Of a stretch of 64,000 nt of DNA, positions 1-8,948 are shown one piece after another. A program made the position numbers and the translations under genes. Position 1 is the stretch's first letter, and each line of letters opens with the position of its first letter. This stretch comes from Akkermansia sp. (GTDB taxonomy: Bacteria; Verrucomicrobiota; Verrucomicrobiia; Limisphaerales; SIBH01). Location of the stretch: the NCBI GenBank assembly GCA_043758205.1, contig JAYVNY010000057.1:1-64000 (forward strand), read 5' to 3'. The notes under the pieces are model-generated. The model was not told where the DNA came from. It was given only the letters and a program-made list of their open reading frames with translations, and did no database searches.

Positions 1-533
1 CGCCTCGGCGCGGTCGAGCGGGGCAGGGGAATCGAGAACGCGCCGGTCACTTTCCCGTCCGCGCCCACGTCGAACACCTTCACGTCGCCATTCACGTTCG
101 CGAGAAAGATGCGCCGTCCGTCCGGCGAAAAAATCAGGCCCGTGAAACTCAACTGCCCCTTCTTGTCCGGCTCCAGAATGTTCGGCGACACCACGTCCGG
201 CTCCGGCTCCTGATCCTGCGCCGACGGCAGGTTCACATGCTGAAGAATTTTCCCCGTCTGCGGATCAACGATCACCAGTTCGCTGGTCTTGCCCGACACC
301 GCGAGCCAGCGGCCATTGGGACTGAGCGCCACCCCTTGCGGCCGCATCTTCGGCAATTCGATCTGGCGTCCGTGCGGCGTGAGCACCTGGTTGACCGGCG
401 TGACGACGCGGTTCGTGCCGTGGCGACCGACGGTTTCGGTGTGTTCAGAAGCTGGACGGGTCGCGTGCGTGCAGCCTGTCCCGCCCGCGAGCGCGACGAC
501 CAAGAAGCCCGTGCAGCAAAGCATGAATTTCAT
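1..533 (-). CDS. Partial (3' end off-window) exported YVTN/lactonase-type beta-propeller repeat protein, probable lipoprotein
   Basis: Minus-strand reading from ATG (complement of 531-533) gives MKFMLCCTGFLVVALAGGTGC... (signal/lipobox-like), followed by repeats of the ..PNGRWLAVSG.., ..SPDGRRIFLANVNGDVKVFDV.. type typical of 7-bladed lactonase/YVTN propellers; ORF open to window edge so absent from ORF track. Confidence 0.5.
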   Translation of the reverse strand, partial: MKFMLCCTGFLVVALAGGTGCTHATRPASEHTETVGRHGTNRVVTPVNQVLTPHGRQIELPKMRPQGVALSPNGRWLAVSGKTSELVIVDPQTGKILQHVNLPSAQDQEPEPDVVSPNILEPDKKGQLSFTGLIFSPDGRRIFLANVNGDVKVFDVGADGKVTGAFSIPLPRSTAPR

Positions 534-626
534 AAGGAGATTTCGGACGGATGCTGCCGGAGGTCATGCAACGAGGGAAGAAATGTTGCGTGAACCAAAC
601 CGGGCGCAGCATAGAAGCGCCGCGCC

Positions 627-758
627 GTAACGCCGGCTTTCCAGCCGGCAAGGTCGCGAGACTTTTTAGTCTCGCGGTCGCGGTCCCGCATGGTCCGCAG
701 AGAGAAACACGAGGCTGAAAGCCTCGGAACCTGCCGGCTGGAAAGCCGGCGTTACGTT
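627..758. promoter_or_regulatory. Nested inverted-repeat structure in gntP-like 5' region: outer ~26-bp arms (627-657 / 729-758, one indel) enclosing hairpin gcgagact-tttt-agtctcgc
   Basis: Read directly: gtaacgccggctttccagccggcaagg ... cctgccggctggaaagccggcgttac; inner stem-loop at ~662-681; lies immediately upstream of permease start. Confidence 0.3.
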
Positions 759-845
759 GCCGACCTTGCGCCCAGACGCCCGCGCTCCAGAAACCCGCAC
801 CTTGACCCGCCGCGCGACTTCTGCGGCACTGACGCCTCGCACATT

Positions 846-2372
846 ATGCAACTACTCGCCGCTGCCGCGTCCGCGCCCTCATGGTGGCCGTTTGTCGTCC
901 TCATCATCTCCGTCGCGCTGATCATTTTCCTGATCACCACGCTGAAGATGCACGCGTTCCTCGCGCTGATCATCGCGGCGTTCACGGCGGGATTTCTGAC
1001 CTTTGAATTCAAGCCCGACGCCATCAACAGCATCTCCGGCGCGTTGCGCGAGGACGCGAAGATCAACTCCTGGGTCGCGGCGGTGGAATTGTCCTCCATC
1101 GAATTCGGCAAGGCCGCCGGCTCCATCGCCATCTCCATCGGCCTTGCGTCCATCATCGGCCTGTGCCTGATGGAAAGCGGCGCGGCGGACAAGGTGGTGC
1201 GCCGTTTCCTGGCCGCGTTCGGCGAGAAGCGCGCGGGACTCGCACTGCTCGCCAGCACCTACGTTCTTTCGATCCCGATCTTTTTCGACACCATGTTCAT
1301 GCTCATGGTGCCGCTGGCCAAGGCGCTGCGCTTGAGAACCGGGCGCGACTACATGCTCTACCTGATGTGCATCTGCATGGGCGGCGTGGTCACGCACTCG
1401 CTGACCGTGCCGCATCCCGGACCGCTCGCCATGGTGGACAACTTGCGCGTGGACCCCGGGTTGTCGTTGCTGGTCGGGATCACGGCGGGAATTTTGCCGT
1501 GCATCTTTGGGTTCTTCATCGCGCGCTGGTTGAACAACCGGACGGAAATTCCGCTGCGCGAAACGCCCGGCACCACGCTGGAGGAACTGAAAGGAATCTC
1601 GAGCCAGCCGGAGAGCGCGCTGCCGTCATTCTTCTGGAGCATCCTGCCGGTGCTGCTGCCCATCGCGCTGATCAGCGCCGCGTCGTTTTTCAAAATCGTG
1701 AAGGGGACCAGTGTTGAAGCGTGGTTCGGCAGCGCGGAGAATTTTGCCAGCCTCTCGAAGATCGCCTTCTTCATCGGCAATAAGAACATCGCGTTGAGCA
1801 TCGGGACGATCCTCGCGCTCTGGGTGCTGGCGCGGCAGCGGCGGTTCACGTTCACGAAAATCGGCGAGCTGCTCGGGCCACCGCTGGAGACGGCGGGCGT
1901 GATCATTCTCATTACGGCGGCGGGCGGCGCCTTTGGCGGCATGTTGCGGCACGCGGGCGTGGGCGATGCGATTGGCGCGGTGGCGAAAACCTATTCGCTC
2001 AACTTGCTGCTGCTGTCCTGGCTCACCGCCGCCGTCATCCGCATCGCGCAAGGCTCGGCCACCGTGGCCATGCTCACGACCTCGGCCATCGTGTGGGACA
2101 TGATCAATCCGGGCGGTGACGTGCCGGCGAGTCAGGTGCTCGCGGTCATGGGCGGCAAGCTCGGGTATCATCCGATGTATCTTTTTCTGGCCATCGGCTT
2201 CGGCGCGTTCTGCTGCTCGTGGATGAACGACAGCGGCTTCTGGGTCGTGAACCGCCTGAGCGGCATGACGGAGAAAGAAACGCTGAAAAGCTGGACGGTC
2301 ATGCTGACCGTGACGTCGGTGATGGGCTTGGTGCAGGTCCTGGTGCTGTCGAAATTGCTGCCGTTGGTTTAA
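846..2372 (+). CDS. GntP-family (gluconate/H+ symporter-like) permease
   Basis: ORF 690..2372; start moved to ATG 846 (MQLLAAA..). Polytopic membrane protein with GntP signatures: ..LSIPIFFDTMFMLMVPLAKAL.. and C-terminal ..CSWMNDSGFWVVNRLSGMTEKETLKSWTV.. Confidence 0.8.
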   Translation: MQLLAAAASAPSWWPFVVLIISVALIIFLITTLKMHAFLALIIAAFTAGFLTFEFKPDAINSISGALREDAKINSWVAAVELSSIEFGKAAGSIAISIGLASIIGLCLMESGAADKVVRRFLAAFGEKRAGLALLASTYVLSIPIFFDTMFMLMVPLAKALRLRTGRDYMLYLMCICMGGVVTHSLTVPHPGPLAMVDNLRVDPGLSLLVGITAGILPCIFGFFIARWLNNRTEIPLRETPGTTLEELKGISSQPESALPSFFWSILPVLLPIALISAASFFKIVKGTSVEAWFGSAENFASLSKIAFFIGNKNIALSIGTILALWVLARQRRFTFTKIGELLGPPLETAGVIILITAAGGAFGGMLRHAGVGDAIGAVAKTYSLNLLLLSWLTAAVIRIAQGSATVAMLTTSAIVWDMINPGGDVPASQVLAVMGGKLGYHPMYLFLAIGFGAFCCSWMNDSGFWVVNRLSGMTEKETLKSWTVMLTVTSVMGLVQVLVLSKLLPLV

Positions 2373-2396
2373 GCGGGCGGGCCGGCCGCGCCGCAG

Positions 2397-2960
2397 GTGA
2401 AGATGAACGACCTGACGCAAATTCTGAATCGCGCGGACGGCGGCCGCGCCTCGGCGGAGTTGCTGCCGCTGGTTTATGACGAATTGCGCCAGCTCGCCCG
2501 CGCCCGCATGGCCGGCGAAGCGCCGGGCCACACCTTGCAAGCCACCGCCCTCGTGCATGAAGCCTATCTCAAGCTCGGCGGTGACGAGCAACGGTCTTGG
2601 GCGAATCGCGCGCAGTATTTCGCCGCCGCCGCCGAGGCCATGCGGCGCATCCTGATTGATCACGCGCGCAAGCGGCGCGCGGTACGCCACGGCGGCGGTC
2701 AGGAGCATGTGGCGCTGGAGGAAGTTTCCATCGCCGCGCCGGGTGCGGACGATGAGCTGCTCGCCGTCCACGACGCGCTGGAGAAATTCGCCGCCCACGA
2801 CCCGCAGAAAGCGGAACTGGTGAAGCTGAAATACTTCGCCGGACTCACCACCGACGAAGCTGCCGCCGTGCTGGGCCTTTCCGAGCCGACAGCGAAACGG
2901 CATTGGGCCTACGCACGGGCGTGGTTGTTCCGGGAGATCGGGCGGGAGAAGGCGACGTAG
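2397..2960 (+). CDS. ECF-type RNA polymerase sigma factor, PF07638/TIGR02999 family (Planctomycetes/Verrucomicrobia type)
   Basis: 187 aa; ..AELLPLVYDELRQLARARMAGEAPGHTLQATALVHEAYLKL.. and C-terminal sigma-4 HTH ..LKYFAGLTTDEAAAVLGLSEPTAKRHWAYARAWL.. Confidence 0.85.
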   Translation: MKMNDLTQILNRADGGRASAELLPLVYDELRQLARARMAGEAPGHTLQATALVHEAYLKLGGDEQRSWANRAQYFAAAAEAMRRILIDHARKRRAVRHGGGQEHVALEEVSIAAPGADDELLAVHDALEKFAAHDPQKAELVKLKYFAGLTTDEAAAVLGLSEPTAKRHWAYARAWLFREIGREKAT

Positions 2961-3006
2961 GGCCAGGGGTACAATCTGGAGATCGTTCGTGCGAACCAGG
3001 GGCGCT

Positions 3007-3109
3007 GGTAGGGCGTCGTCGCTCCGCGCGCGCCGGGGTGAGGCTCCAGCAAGTTCCAACGTGTGCCTCCGATTTCAGCCCGGCGCGCGCGGAGCGACGA
3101 CGCCCTACC
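3007..3109. repeat. Perfect 31-bp inverted repeat (3007-3037 / 3079-3109) with 41-nt spacer, no T-tract
   Basis: ggtagggcgtcgtcgctccgcgcgcgccggg ... cccggcgcgcgcggagcgacgacgccctacc read directly; downstream of sigma-factor gene. Confidence 0.6.
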
Positions 3110-3191
3110 CGCCCCCGCAGTTTCCAGATGCAACCCAGGGCAAAGGCGGTTGCCAGGTCATTCAGCCGCGAAGCGGCCCGGATATTAGCCA

Positions 3192-3655
3192 GCTACGAAG
3201 TGGCTGGTTGGGGCGGCAGTTCCCGGTAGAAGACGGTCGTGCTGCACGGGCCGCCTTGCGGCCAGAGGGCGTAGTTGGGGATCGTGCCGCAACGCTGCCA
3301 GCCGAGGCTGGAAGACAAACGCTCGGCGTCACTGCCGATCACGGTGTCGAGCACGAGCCGGAGCGCGGGCTTTCCAGCCCGCAGCCATGTCCGCCGGCAC
3401 GAAGGCGCAGGAACTTGCGAACACGGTTCTCCATTTCACGTTGCTGCGGACTGGAAAGTCCGCGCTCCGCAGCTTGGCGACGTCGGCGCGGTGGGACTGG
3501 TGGTCGGGCCTGGTCAGGAGGAGTGGCACGGTGCCGACGACGCCGGAAGATTCGTCCTCCGCCACCAGCACGATGCGTTCGCCGCGTGCGGTATGGACTG
3601 CGCCGGCCGAGCGGAGCGGCGACGGCGCTTTCGACCGGGCGAAGATGTGCCTCAC
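3192..3655 (-). pseudogene. Disrupted GNAT-family N-acetyltransferase (frameshift plus in-frame stop)
   Basis: N-terminal frame (ORF 3329..3655) has GNAT-like ..IVLVAEDESSGVVGTVPLLLTRPDHQSHRADVAKL..; C-terminal GNAT motif ..LRLVLDTVIGSDAERLSSSLGWQRCGTIPNYALWPQGGPCSTTVFYREL* is in a different frame (stop at 3192-3194) and a TGA interrupts between them. Confidence 0.4.
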
Positions 3656-3920
3656 GCCAAGTCCGCGAAGCGCGCAAAGGTCAGAACTCCTTTTCCCCCT
3701 TCGCGTCCTTCGCGGACTTGGCGTGAGGCTTCATCCCTTTGGAACTTTTCCGCACGCTCGAAAGCGGTGTCGCCGCTATCGCTCTGCCACCGCAGTCCAA
3801 ATGCGGCGCAGCGCGTCCGCCAACGCCTCGGCCTCGGACGGCTCGTGACGCGTGCGGCGGATGGAAATGGCGGGGGAGTTCATGGAGGTGAGCAGACATT
3901 TAATTGCTCACAATAAAAAA

Positions 3921-4202
3921 TCATGGCTGCGCTTTTTTGGAGTCTTTCAACAGGACAACAGCAATTCCCGTCAGTAAGACCGTCACCAGCAATTGAATAG
4001 TCCATCGTGTTGGATCAACCCTGACCCCGTAAGCCGGTGCATCCGACTTGGGCATTGGTGGCTCAAAAAGTGAAAAATACCCGATAGCCACTTCGGAATG
4101 CGTTGATAGGAAACTGAACGTCTGCACCCACGGAGGAAAGAGGGCCATGAAAGCCAACAAGACTGCGCCAACAATCAAAGCTAGCTGCTGTTTGCGATTC
4201 AT
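3921..4202 (-). CDS. Small hypothetical membrane protein (2 predicted TM helices) in AT-rich islet
   Basis: 93 aa, MNRKQQLALIVGAVLLAFMALF.. and ..IQLLVTVLLTGIAVVLL..; local GC clearly lower (~40-48%) than flanks. Confidence 0.4.
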   Translation of the reverse strand: MNRKQQLALIVGAVLLAFMALFPPWVQTFSFLSTHSEVAIGYFSLFEPPMPKSDAPAYGVRVDPTRWTIQLLVTVLLTGIAVVLLKDSKKAQP

Positions 4203-4229
4203 GGCTTTAAAATGAACGATAGGAGGCGT

Positions 4230-4640
4230 CTACCTAGTGTTTCTGATGGCAAAGATAACAAGAGCCAACAATGCGAGCGCGAAGGCCCCAAGCGATGCCC
4301 GGAATAAGCGTCGAAACATGGCGCTCGGTCCAAGCGTTGCCTGAGCGACTGGGTTTTTCATTATCCGATTGATGCTTTCCTGACGAAGAGCAATTGGCAT
4401 GTAAGCGAAGGCGAGGCAGCCTGCGATGGTAAAAACGAGCATAAACCAAGACGCTTGGAGCAGCCAGAGGGATGTTGGGTGATCGCCTGCAATGGAACCA
4501 CGGAAAGTCACGGAAAAGGCAAGAATCGTGGACGCCAGTGCCGTAACCCGCTCCGCAAGCTTTTGTGCGAGATCGGCAATTTCCTTTCCGAGGCGAAGCA
4601 ACTCTTCACTGCGGTTGTCTGGAAGTTCAATTATCGGCAT
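4230..4640 (-). CDS. Hypothetical membrane protein (N-terminal cytoplasmic helix + 3 TM) in AT-rich islet
   Basis: 136 aa; ..ALASTILAFSVTF.., ..LQASWFMLVFTIAGCLAFAYMPIAL.., ..LGAFALALLALVIFAI.. Confidence 0.4.
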   Translation of the reverse strand: MPIIELPDNRSEELLRLGKEIADLAQKLAERVTALASTILAFSVTFRGSIAGDHPTSLWLLQASWFMLVFTIAGCLAFAYMPIALRQESINRIMKNPVAQATLGPSAMFRRLFRASLGAFALALLALVIFAIRNTR

Positions 4641-4688
4641 ACGGTGCCTCGCTGCCAGTTATCCAATTGACCCACCACCCACTTCCCC

Positions 4689-6026
4689 TCACACCATCTC
4701 CAGTCCGCGCATCGTCCCCGTGGCGGAGGCGAATTTGTCGGTCTCCAGGCCCATGCGTTGCAGCATGGAGACGAAGAGGTTTGGGAGCGGGTAGTTGTGC
4801 TGCGTGTCGAAGGCGAGGTGCTGGCCGTGCTTGAAGCCGCCGCCGGCGAAGATGGTCGGCATGTTGGTGGTGACGTGGGTGTTGGCGTTGCCGAGGTTCG
4901 AGCCGTAGAGAATCATGGTGCGGTCGAGCAGCGGTTCGCCGTCCTCGCGGATGTTCTGCAAGTCGGTGAAGAGTTCGGCGAGGAGCTTCATGTGCCATTC
5001 ATCAATGGTCTTCAACTGGCCGAGTTTCTCCTTCGATTTTCCGTGGTGCGAGAGGTTGTGGTAGCCGTCGCTGGTCTTCACTTCGCCGAATTCGAGGGCG
5101 GGCGAGTTCACGCTGTCGAGCATGAGGGAGACGGAGCGCGTGGAGTCGGTCTCGAAGGCGAGGCGCGTCATGTCGTACATGAGCTTCACCTTGTCCATGT
5201 AGGCTTTCGGGCTGGCGGGATCGAGCGGGACGGAGGCGGTGGTCTTCGGCTTGGGCTGGCGCTCCCATTCGCGGGACATCTTCATGCGCTGCTCCAGATC
5301 GCGGACGCTGGTAAAGTATTGGTCGAGGCGGTCGCGATCGCGCGCGCCGACATGGCGCTGCAAATCTTTCGCCTGCCCGGCCACGGCGTCGAGGATGCTC
5401 TGGCCGGTTTCGAGTTTGCGAACTTGCGCCTCGGTCTCGGCTCTCGTGCCTTGGAGAAACATTCTCGCGAAAACATCCGCCGCCTTTTCCTCGCAGGGAA
5501 TGAGCACGCCGGAACCCGTCCACGACAAACTGCGCAGGCCTTGTTGAATGTTCACGCCGAGCGTGAGGGTGGGGAACCGCGTGAGATGCCCGATGCGTTC
5601 GCCGACGTATTGGTCGAGCGAGATGGTGTTCTTGAAGCCCGCGCTGCCCGGATGCGGCGCGGCGGTGAGGAAGCAGTTGTCCGCCGGATGCCCGCCGTCC
5701 ACATCAGGATGCGACACGCCGCTGAAGACGGTGAAGTTGTCGCGGTGGGCCTTCAGATTTTCCAGATACGGCGAGAGGGTGTAATCGCGTCCGGTGCCGG
5801 TGGGAAAGAATTGATCGGGCAGCAAACCGAGGTTGTTGCAGATGCCGAACATGCGGCGCGGCTTGCCGCCGGGCGTGGCGGCGGCGCTGGCGACCTTGCG
5901 CACGGCGGCGAAGGCGGGCGTCATGGCATCGAGCAGCGGGAGCGAGAGGAGGATGCCCGCGCCGCGCAGAAACTTGCGCCGCGAAAGCGCGCGTCCGGTG
6001 GAAAGGTATGGTCCGGTCATAGGCAT
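4689..6026 (-). CDS. DUF1501-family Tat-exported protein (sulfatase/alkaline-phosphatase-like fold)
   Basis: ORF 4689..6251 trimmed to Met at 6024-6026 ([40 protein letters not shown] = twin-arginine signal); C-terminal ..[35 protein letters not shown].. typical of DUF1501. Confidence 0.85.
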   Translation of the reverse strand: MPMTGPYLSTGRALSRRKFLRGAGILLSLPLLDAMTPAFAAVRKVASAAATPGGKPRRMFGICNNLGLLPDQFFPTGTGRDYTLSPYLENLKAHRDNFTVFSGVSHPDVDGGHPADNCFLTAAPHPGSAGFKNTISLDQYVGERIGHLTRFPTLTLGVNIQQGLRSLSWTGSGVLIPCEEKAADVFARMFLQGTRAETEAQVRKLETGQSILDAVAGQAKDLQRHVGARDRDRLDQYFTSVRDLEQRMKMSREWERQPKPKTTASVPLDPASPKAYMDKVKLMYDMTRLAFETDSTRSVSLMLDSVNSPALEFGEVKTSDGYHNLSHHGKSKEKLGQLKTIDEWHMKLLAELFTDLQNIREDGEPLLDRTMILYGSNLGNANTHVTTNMPTIFAGGGFKHGQHLAFDTQHNYPLPNLFVSMLQRMGLETDKFASATGTMRGLEMV

Positions 6027-6094
6027 GGCTGTTTGTTGCTGAAACCAGACGCGGCGGCGAGGGGATTTATTTAGAGCCGGTGCGAAATTCAGCC

Positions 6095-6262
6095 TGGGTG
6101 GGATAGGCCACTGGCCTGTGCCACCGGGCGACCAGACTGCTGGAAGAGTGAGGGCGGCGTGAGGTACACACGCAGGACCGCAGCCAAAGGAGGCTCGCCT
6201 CTCTTCCGCTGGGCAGGTTGCCCAGCGGAACGGGCTGGTAGCTCGTTCCACCCTTTTCCGAC
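6095..6262 (+). repeat. Divergent copy of dispersed ~200-bp MITE-like element (family with ggctaccagcc/ggctggtagcc cores)
   Basis: ..cctgtgccaccgggcgaccagactgctggaa..cagcggaacgggctggtagctcgttccaccc.. aligns with elements at 48.75, 50.45 and 15.05 kb. Confidence 0.5.
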
Positions 6263-6268
6263 CGGCTC

Positions 6269-7348
6269 TTACCGCGGGGCCGTGTCGGGCGCGTTCGTGC
6301 TGGGGGGCGCGATGTCGAAGTTCAGTTGAAACTCGCCCGCGCTGACCGTGACGTGCGAGCGGTTCGTGTCTGTGTTCAACAGCGAGACGTTCGTGCCGAC
6401 GAAGGCAAAGCGGCCCAGGATGTAGCCGCTGACCGGGATGCTGCTCGTGTCGCTGAGGAAGAGCGAGTTGGTCCCGATGTATTCGATGGTGACCGAGGAA
6501 TTCGTGACGACTTCGTCCGTCAGGCCGGGATCAACCTGGAAGTGATACTCCTGTTTGCGGCGCAGGTCCGTCGCGTCATAAAAGCCGCGATTGTCGCCCA
6601 CGCCGAGGGCGTAGGTCGCCGGAAACGCACTGCTCACGCCGGTGAGATGCAAGTGCAGGCCGCGCGTCACCGAACCCGAGTCCACCGCGCTCACGCTCAA
6701 CACGCCGTCTTCGCTGAACTCGCCAATGGTGCCCCCGACGTTGTTGTAAAAATTCCCACCGCCCACGACCTCGCCTTTGGTGGCGTTGAAGGAAAGCTTG
6801 CCGATGCGCGCCGCCATCTGGCTCAGGCCCGGCTTCGTCCGCAAGGCGCGCTGCACATTGTTGCTGGCCGCGGCGAGGCGTTGCGCGGCGGACTGGAGAT
6901 GCTGGATGCGCTTTGCGGTGGTGGCGGCGAGGACGGCGTTCGAGAGCGAGTTGTTCACGCGCGTGAGCGCGGTGCGGGCGGCGGTTTTGTTCGCGCTGAT
7001 CGGGGCGGGGATCAATTGCGCGGTGATCTCGTCGCGGCGCACTTGGAAATCCGCCTGGTAGCCGGAAGTGGCGTCCGCGAGCAGGGGCGCGTAGCCGGAA
7101 ACCTCGCCCAGCAGATTGTTCAAGTTGCGGAGAATGGTCGTGTCGCCGCGCAGGTTTTTGGAAGTCTTGTGATACGCCTGGAGCGCCTTCTCCAGCGTCC
7201 TGGCCGCCGGGCTGCCGCCGTTCAGGTCGTTGGTGAGCTGCACGGAGACGGGTTGCGAATACGGCAGAATGGGATCGGCCGAGGCATCCCAAACCAGCGT
7301 GGAGCAGGCGGCGAACAGCGCGGAACCGAAGAGAAAACGCATCATCAT
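6269..7348 (-). CDS. Secreted hypothetical protein
   Basis: ORF 6269..7390; probable start at [24 protein letters not shown] (signal peptide); Asn/Thr/Ser-rich, no recognisable catalytic motifs. Confidence 0.5.
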   Translation of the reverse strand: MMMRFLFGSALFAACSTLVWDASADPILPYSQPVSVQLTNDLNGGSPAARTLEKALQAYHKTSKNLRGDTTILRNLNNLLGEVSGYAPLLADATSGYQADFQVRRDEITAQLIPAPISANKTAARTALTRVNNSLSNAVLAATTAKRIQHLQSAAQRLAAASNNVQRALRTKPGLSQMAARIGKLSFNATKGEVVGGGNFYNNVGGTIGEFSEDGVLSVSAVDSGSVTRGLHLHLTGVSSAFPATYALGVGDNRGFYDATDLRRKQEYHFQVDPGLTDEVVTNSSVTIEYIGTNSLFLSDTSSIPVSGYILGRFAFVGTNVSLLNTDTNRSHVTVSAGEFQLNFDIAPPSTNAPDTAPR

Positions 7349-7422
7349 ATTTGGTGCGCGGAAGTATGCCGGTGCGAAAAACAAATGCAACTGTGCGGGC
7401 GCACTGCTGCGCCCGCCGCACC

Positions 7423-7704
7423 CTAACTCACTGGAATCAACGACACCCGCTCGTTCAAATCATTCCGCGTGATGCCCTGGGCGCGCGGGTCGAGCGTGAG
7501 CACGCCGTCCACCATGAAGGCGTAGCGGTGATGGCCGTGTTTCAACTCCACCGTGATCAGCCAGCCGCCATCCGTCTGCTGCTTGAACGAGTGGGTGTGC
7601 GGATTCCACTGGTTGAAATCACCGACGAGCGTCACCGACTGGGCGGTGGGCGCGACGCAGATGAAATTCATCGAGCGCATCGGCTTCGTGTAAGGCTTGA
7701 GCAT
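7423..7704 (-). CDS. CBM48 / AMPK-beta glycogen-binding (isoamylase N-terminal-like) domain protein
   Basis: 93 aa: ..FICVAPTAQSVTLVGDFNQWNPHTHSFKQQTDGGWLITVELKHGHHRYAFMVDGVLTLDP.. matches E-set/CBM48 fold signature. Confidence 0.65.
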   Translation of the reverse strand: MLKPYTKPMRSMNFICVAPTAQSVTLVGDFNQWNPHTHSFKQQTDGGWLITVELKHGHHRYAFMVDGVLTLDPRAQGITRNDLNERVSLIPVS

Positions 7705-7740
7705 AAAAAAGTTATCCCGAAAAAATGGATCGTGCGTCGT

Positions 7741-8706
7741 TCAGCCCAGCACGTTCCGCAGCGTGGCCATCGCGGAGTGGCGCAGATGCTCGGACTGTTT
7801 TTCCAGCGCGCCGTACTGGTCGAGCCAGTCCGTGGTGGCACCGTGCCGCTCGCGCCAGAGCGTTTTCAGCACGCGCTCGGTCCGTTCGACCTGCTGCATG
7901 ATGGAGGGCAGCGACTCGCCACCCTCCGCCAGGTCGGAAACATGGCCGACAAAAAATTGCGCGATGTGTTTCTTCGCGAACACGGCCTGCAGCAGCATCA
8001 CCATCGTCTGCTCGTAGCCGTACCAGCGCTGCTTGAGCGCGTCGTTCAGGAAGCCGTGGCGCACGGCAAAGAACTCGGAGCGCGGGCGCTCGGTATAGCC
8101 GCGAATCTCGCGCGCCTCCTTGGGAAACCAGTTGTAGAGCAGCGCGAAGGTGCCGTAGGTGTCAATGAGCTGCTTCGAGTTGTTATGGTCGGTGGCGATC
8201 TCGCCGATGCAGATGTCCTGTTCCAGTTCGGCGCAAATTTCCGGCAGGTCGTGCAGCCGGCTCAACACTTCCTTGCCCGTGGTGGTGCCGTAATTGAAAT
8301 CGCCAGGAATGAGCCAATAGACATCGCCCTCCGCGCCGCGATCATGCGCGTAGCCGAGTCCCGAGTACCACATCTGGCAGGTGTCCACGCAATACACGTC
8401 GAGGATGTCCGAGTGCTTCGCCACGGTGCCCTTGCGAAATTCCTGGAAGGCCCGGTCGCCTTCCATCGCCGCCGTGGTCTTCCGATCAATGACGGTGACG
8501 GGACGCGCGTACGTTTCCTTCTCCCCATCCAGCCGCGCGATGAGTTGATACAACTCCTTCAAGTCCGCGTAGCCAGCCGGCTGGCGATAGGGATAGATGA
8601 TGACGGGATGAATCTTCGATCCCGGCGCGGTGCTTGGCACGGAGCGGGCGGATGAAGATGACTTTCGCGGCACGCGGGCGGGTGGAGTTTTCATGGCCGT
8701 GAGCAT
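7741..8706 (-). CDS. Conserved hypothetical protein (function unknown; start ambiguous between 8760, 8706 and 8694)
   Basis: Long ORF with protein-like composition (..YWLIPGDFNYGTTTGKEVLSRLHDLPEICAELEQD.., ..ALLYNWFPKEAREIRGY..); no motif recognised. Confidence 0.45.
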   Translation of the reverse strand: MLTAMKTPPARVPRKSSSSARSVPSTAPGSKIHPVIIYPYRQPAGYADLKELYQLIARLDGEKETYARPVTVIDRKTTAAMEGDRAFQEFRKGTVAKHSDILDVYCVDTCQMWYSGLGYAHDRGAEGDVYWLIPGDFNYGTTTGKEVLSRLHDLPEICAELEQDICIGEIATDHNNSKQLIDTYGTFALLYNWFPKEAREIRGYTERPRSEFFAVRHGFLNDALKQRWYGYEQTMVMLLQAVFAKKHIAQFFVGHVSDLAEGGESLPSIMQQVERTERVLKTLWRERHGATTDWLDQYGALEKQSEHLRHSAMATLRNVLG

Positions 8707-8948
8707 AGCGGAACCGGCCCGGAGGCCAAGTGTTTTGCGGACGGGTGCGCATCCGAACACTTTTCTTACGGCGTGCCTGGGAGCGCCGGCATCCTGCCGG
8801 CGCGATCCTTATAGCCGGACGTGAACACGCCGGCTGGAAGTCGGCGCTCCCAGGGCGGCGGACGTTTGTTCCTGCTTTTTGCCTTTCGTGCCGCCGGGTC
8901 GCTGCGCATTCTCCGCTGTCCCTCGCCGCTCCGGTCGGCCGGGTCAGG

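Noticed and set aside
1626-3059. 477-aa minus-strand ORF (Arg/Ala/Gly-rich)
   Set aside because: Antisense to both the GntP permease and ECF sigma genes, which have clear family motifs; typical GC-driven open frame
3681-3899. 72-aa minus-strand ORF ending ..KGMKPHAKSAKDAKGEKEF
   Set aside because: Composition (runs of Arg/Gly/His/Pro) not protein-like except for last 17 codons; likely non-coding spacer next to GNAT pseudogene
4758-6074. 438-aa plus-strand ORF
   Set aside because: Antisense to the DUF1501 gene; low-complexity Ala/Gly/Val/Arg composition
7351-8655. 434-aa plus-strand ORF
   Set aside because: Antisense to CBM48 and hypothetical genes; Arg-rich, no motifs
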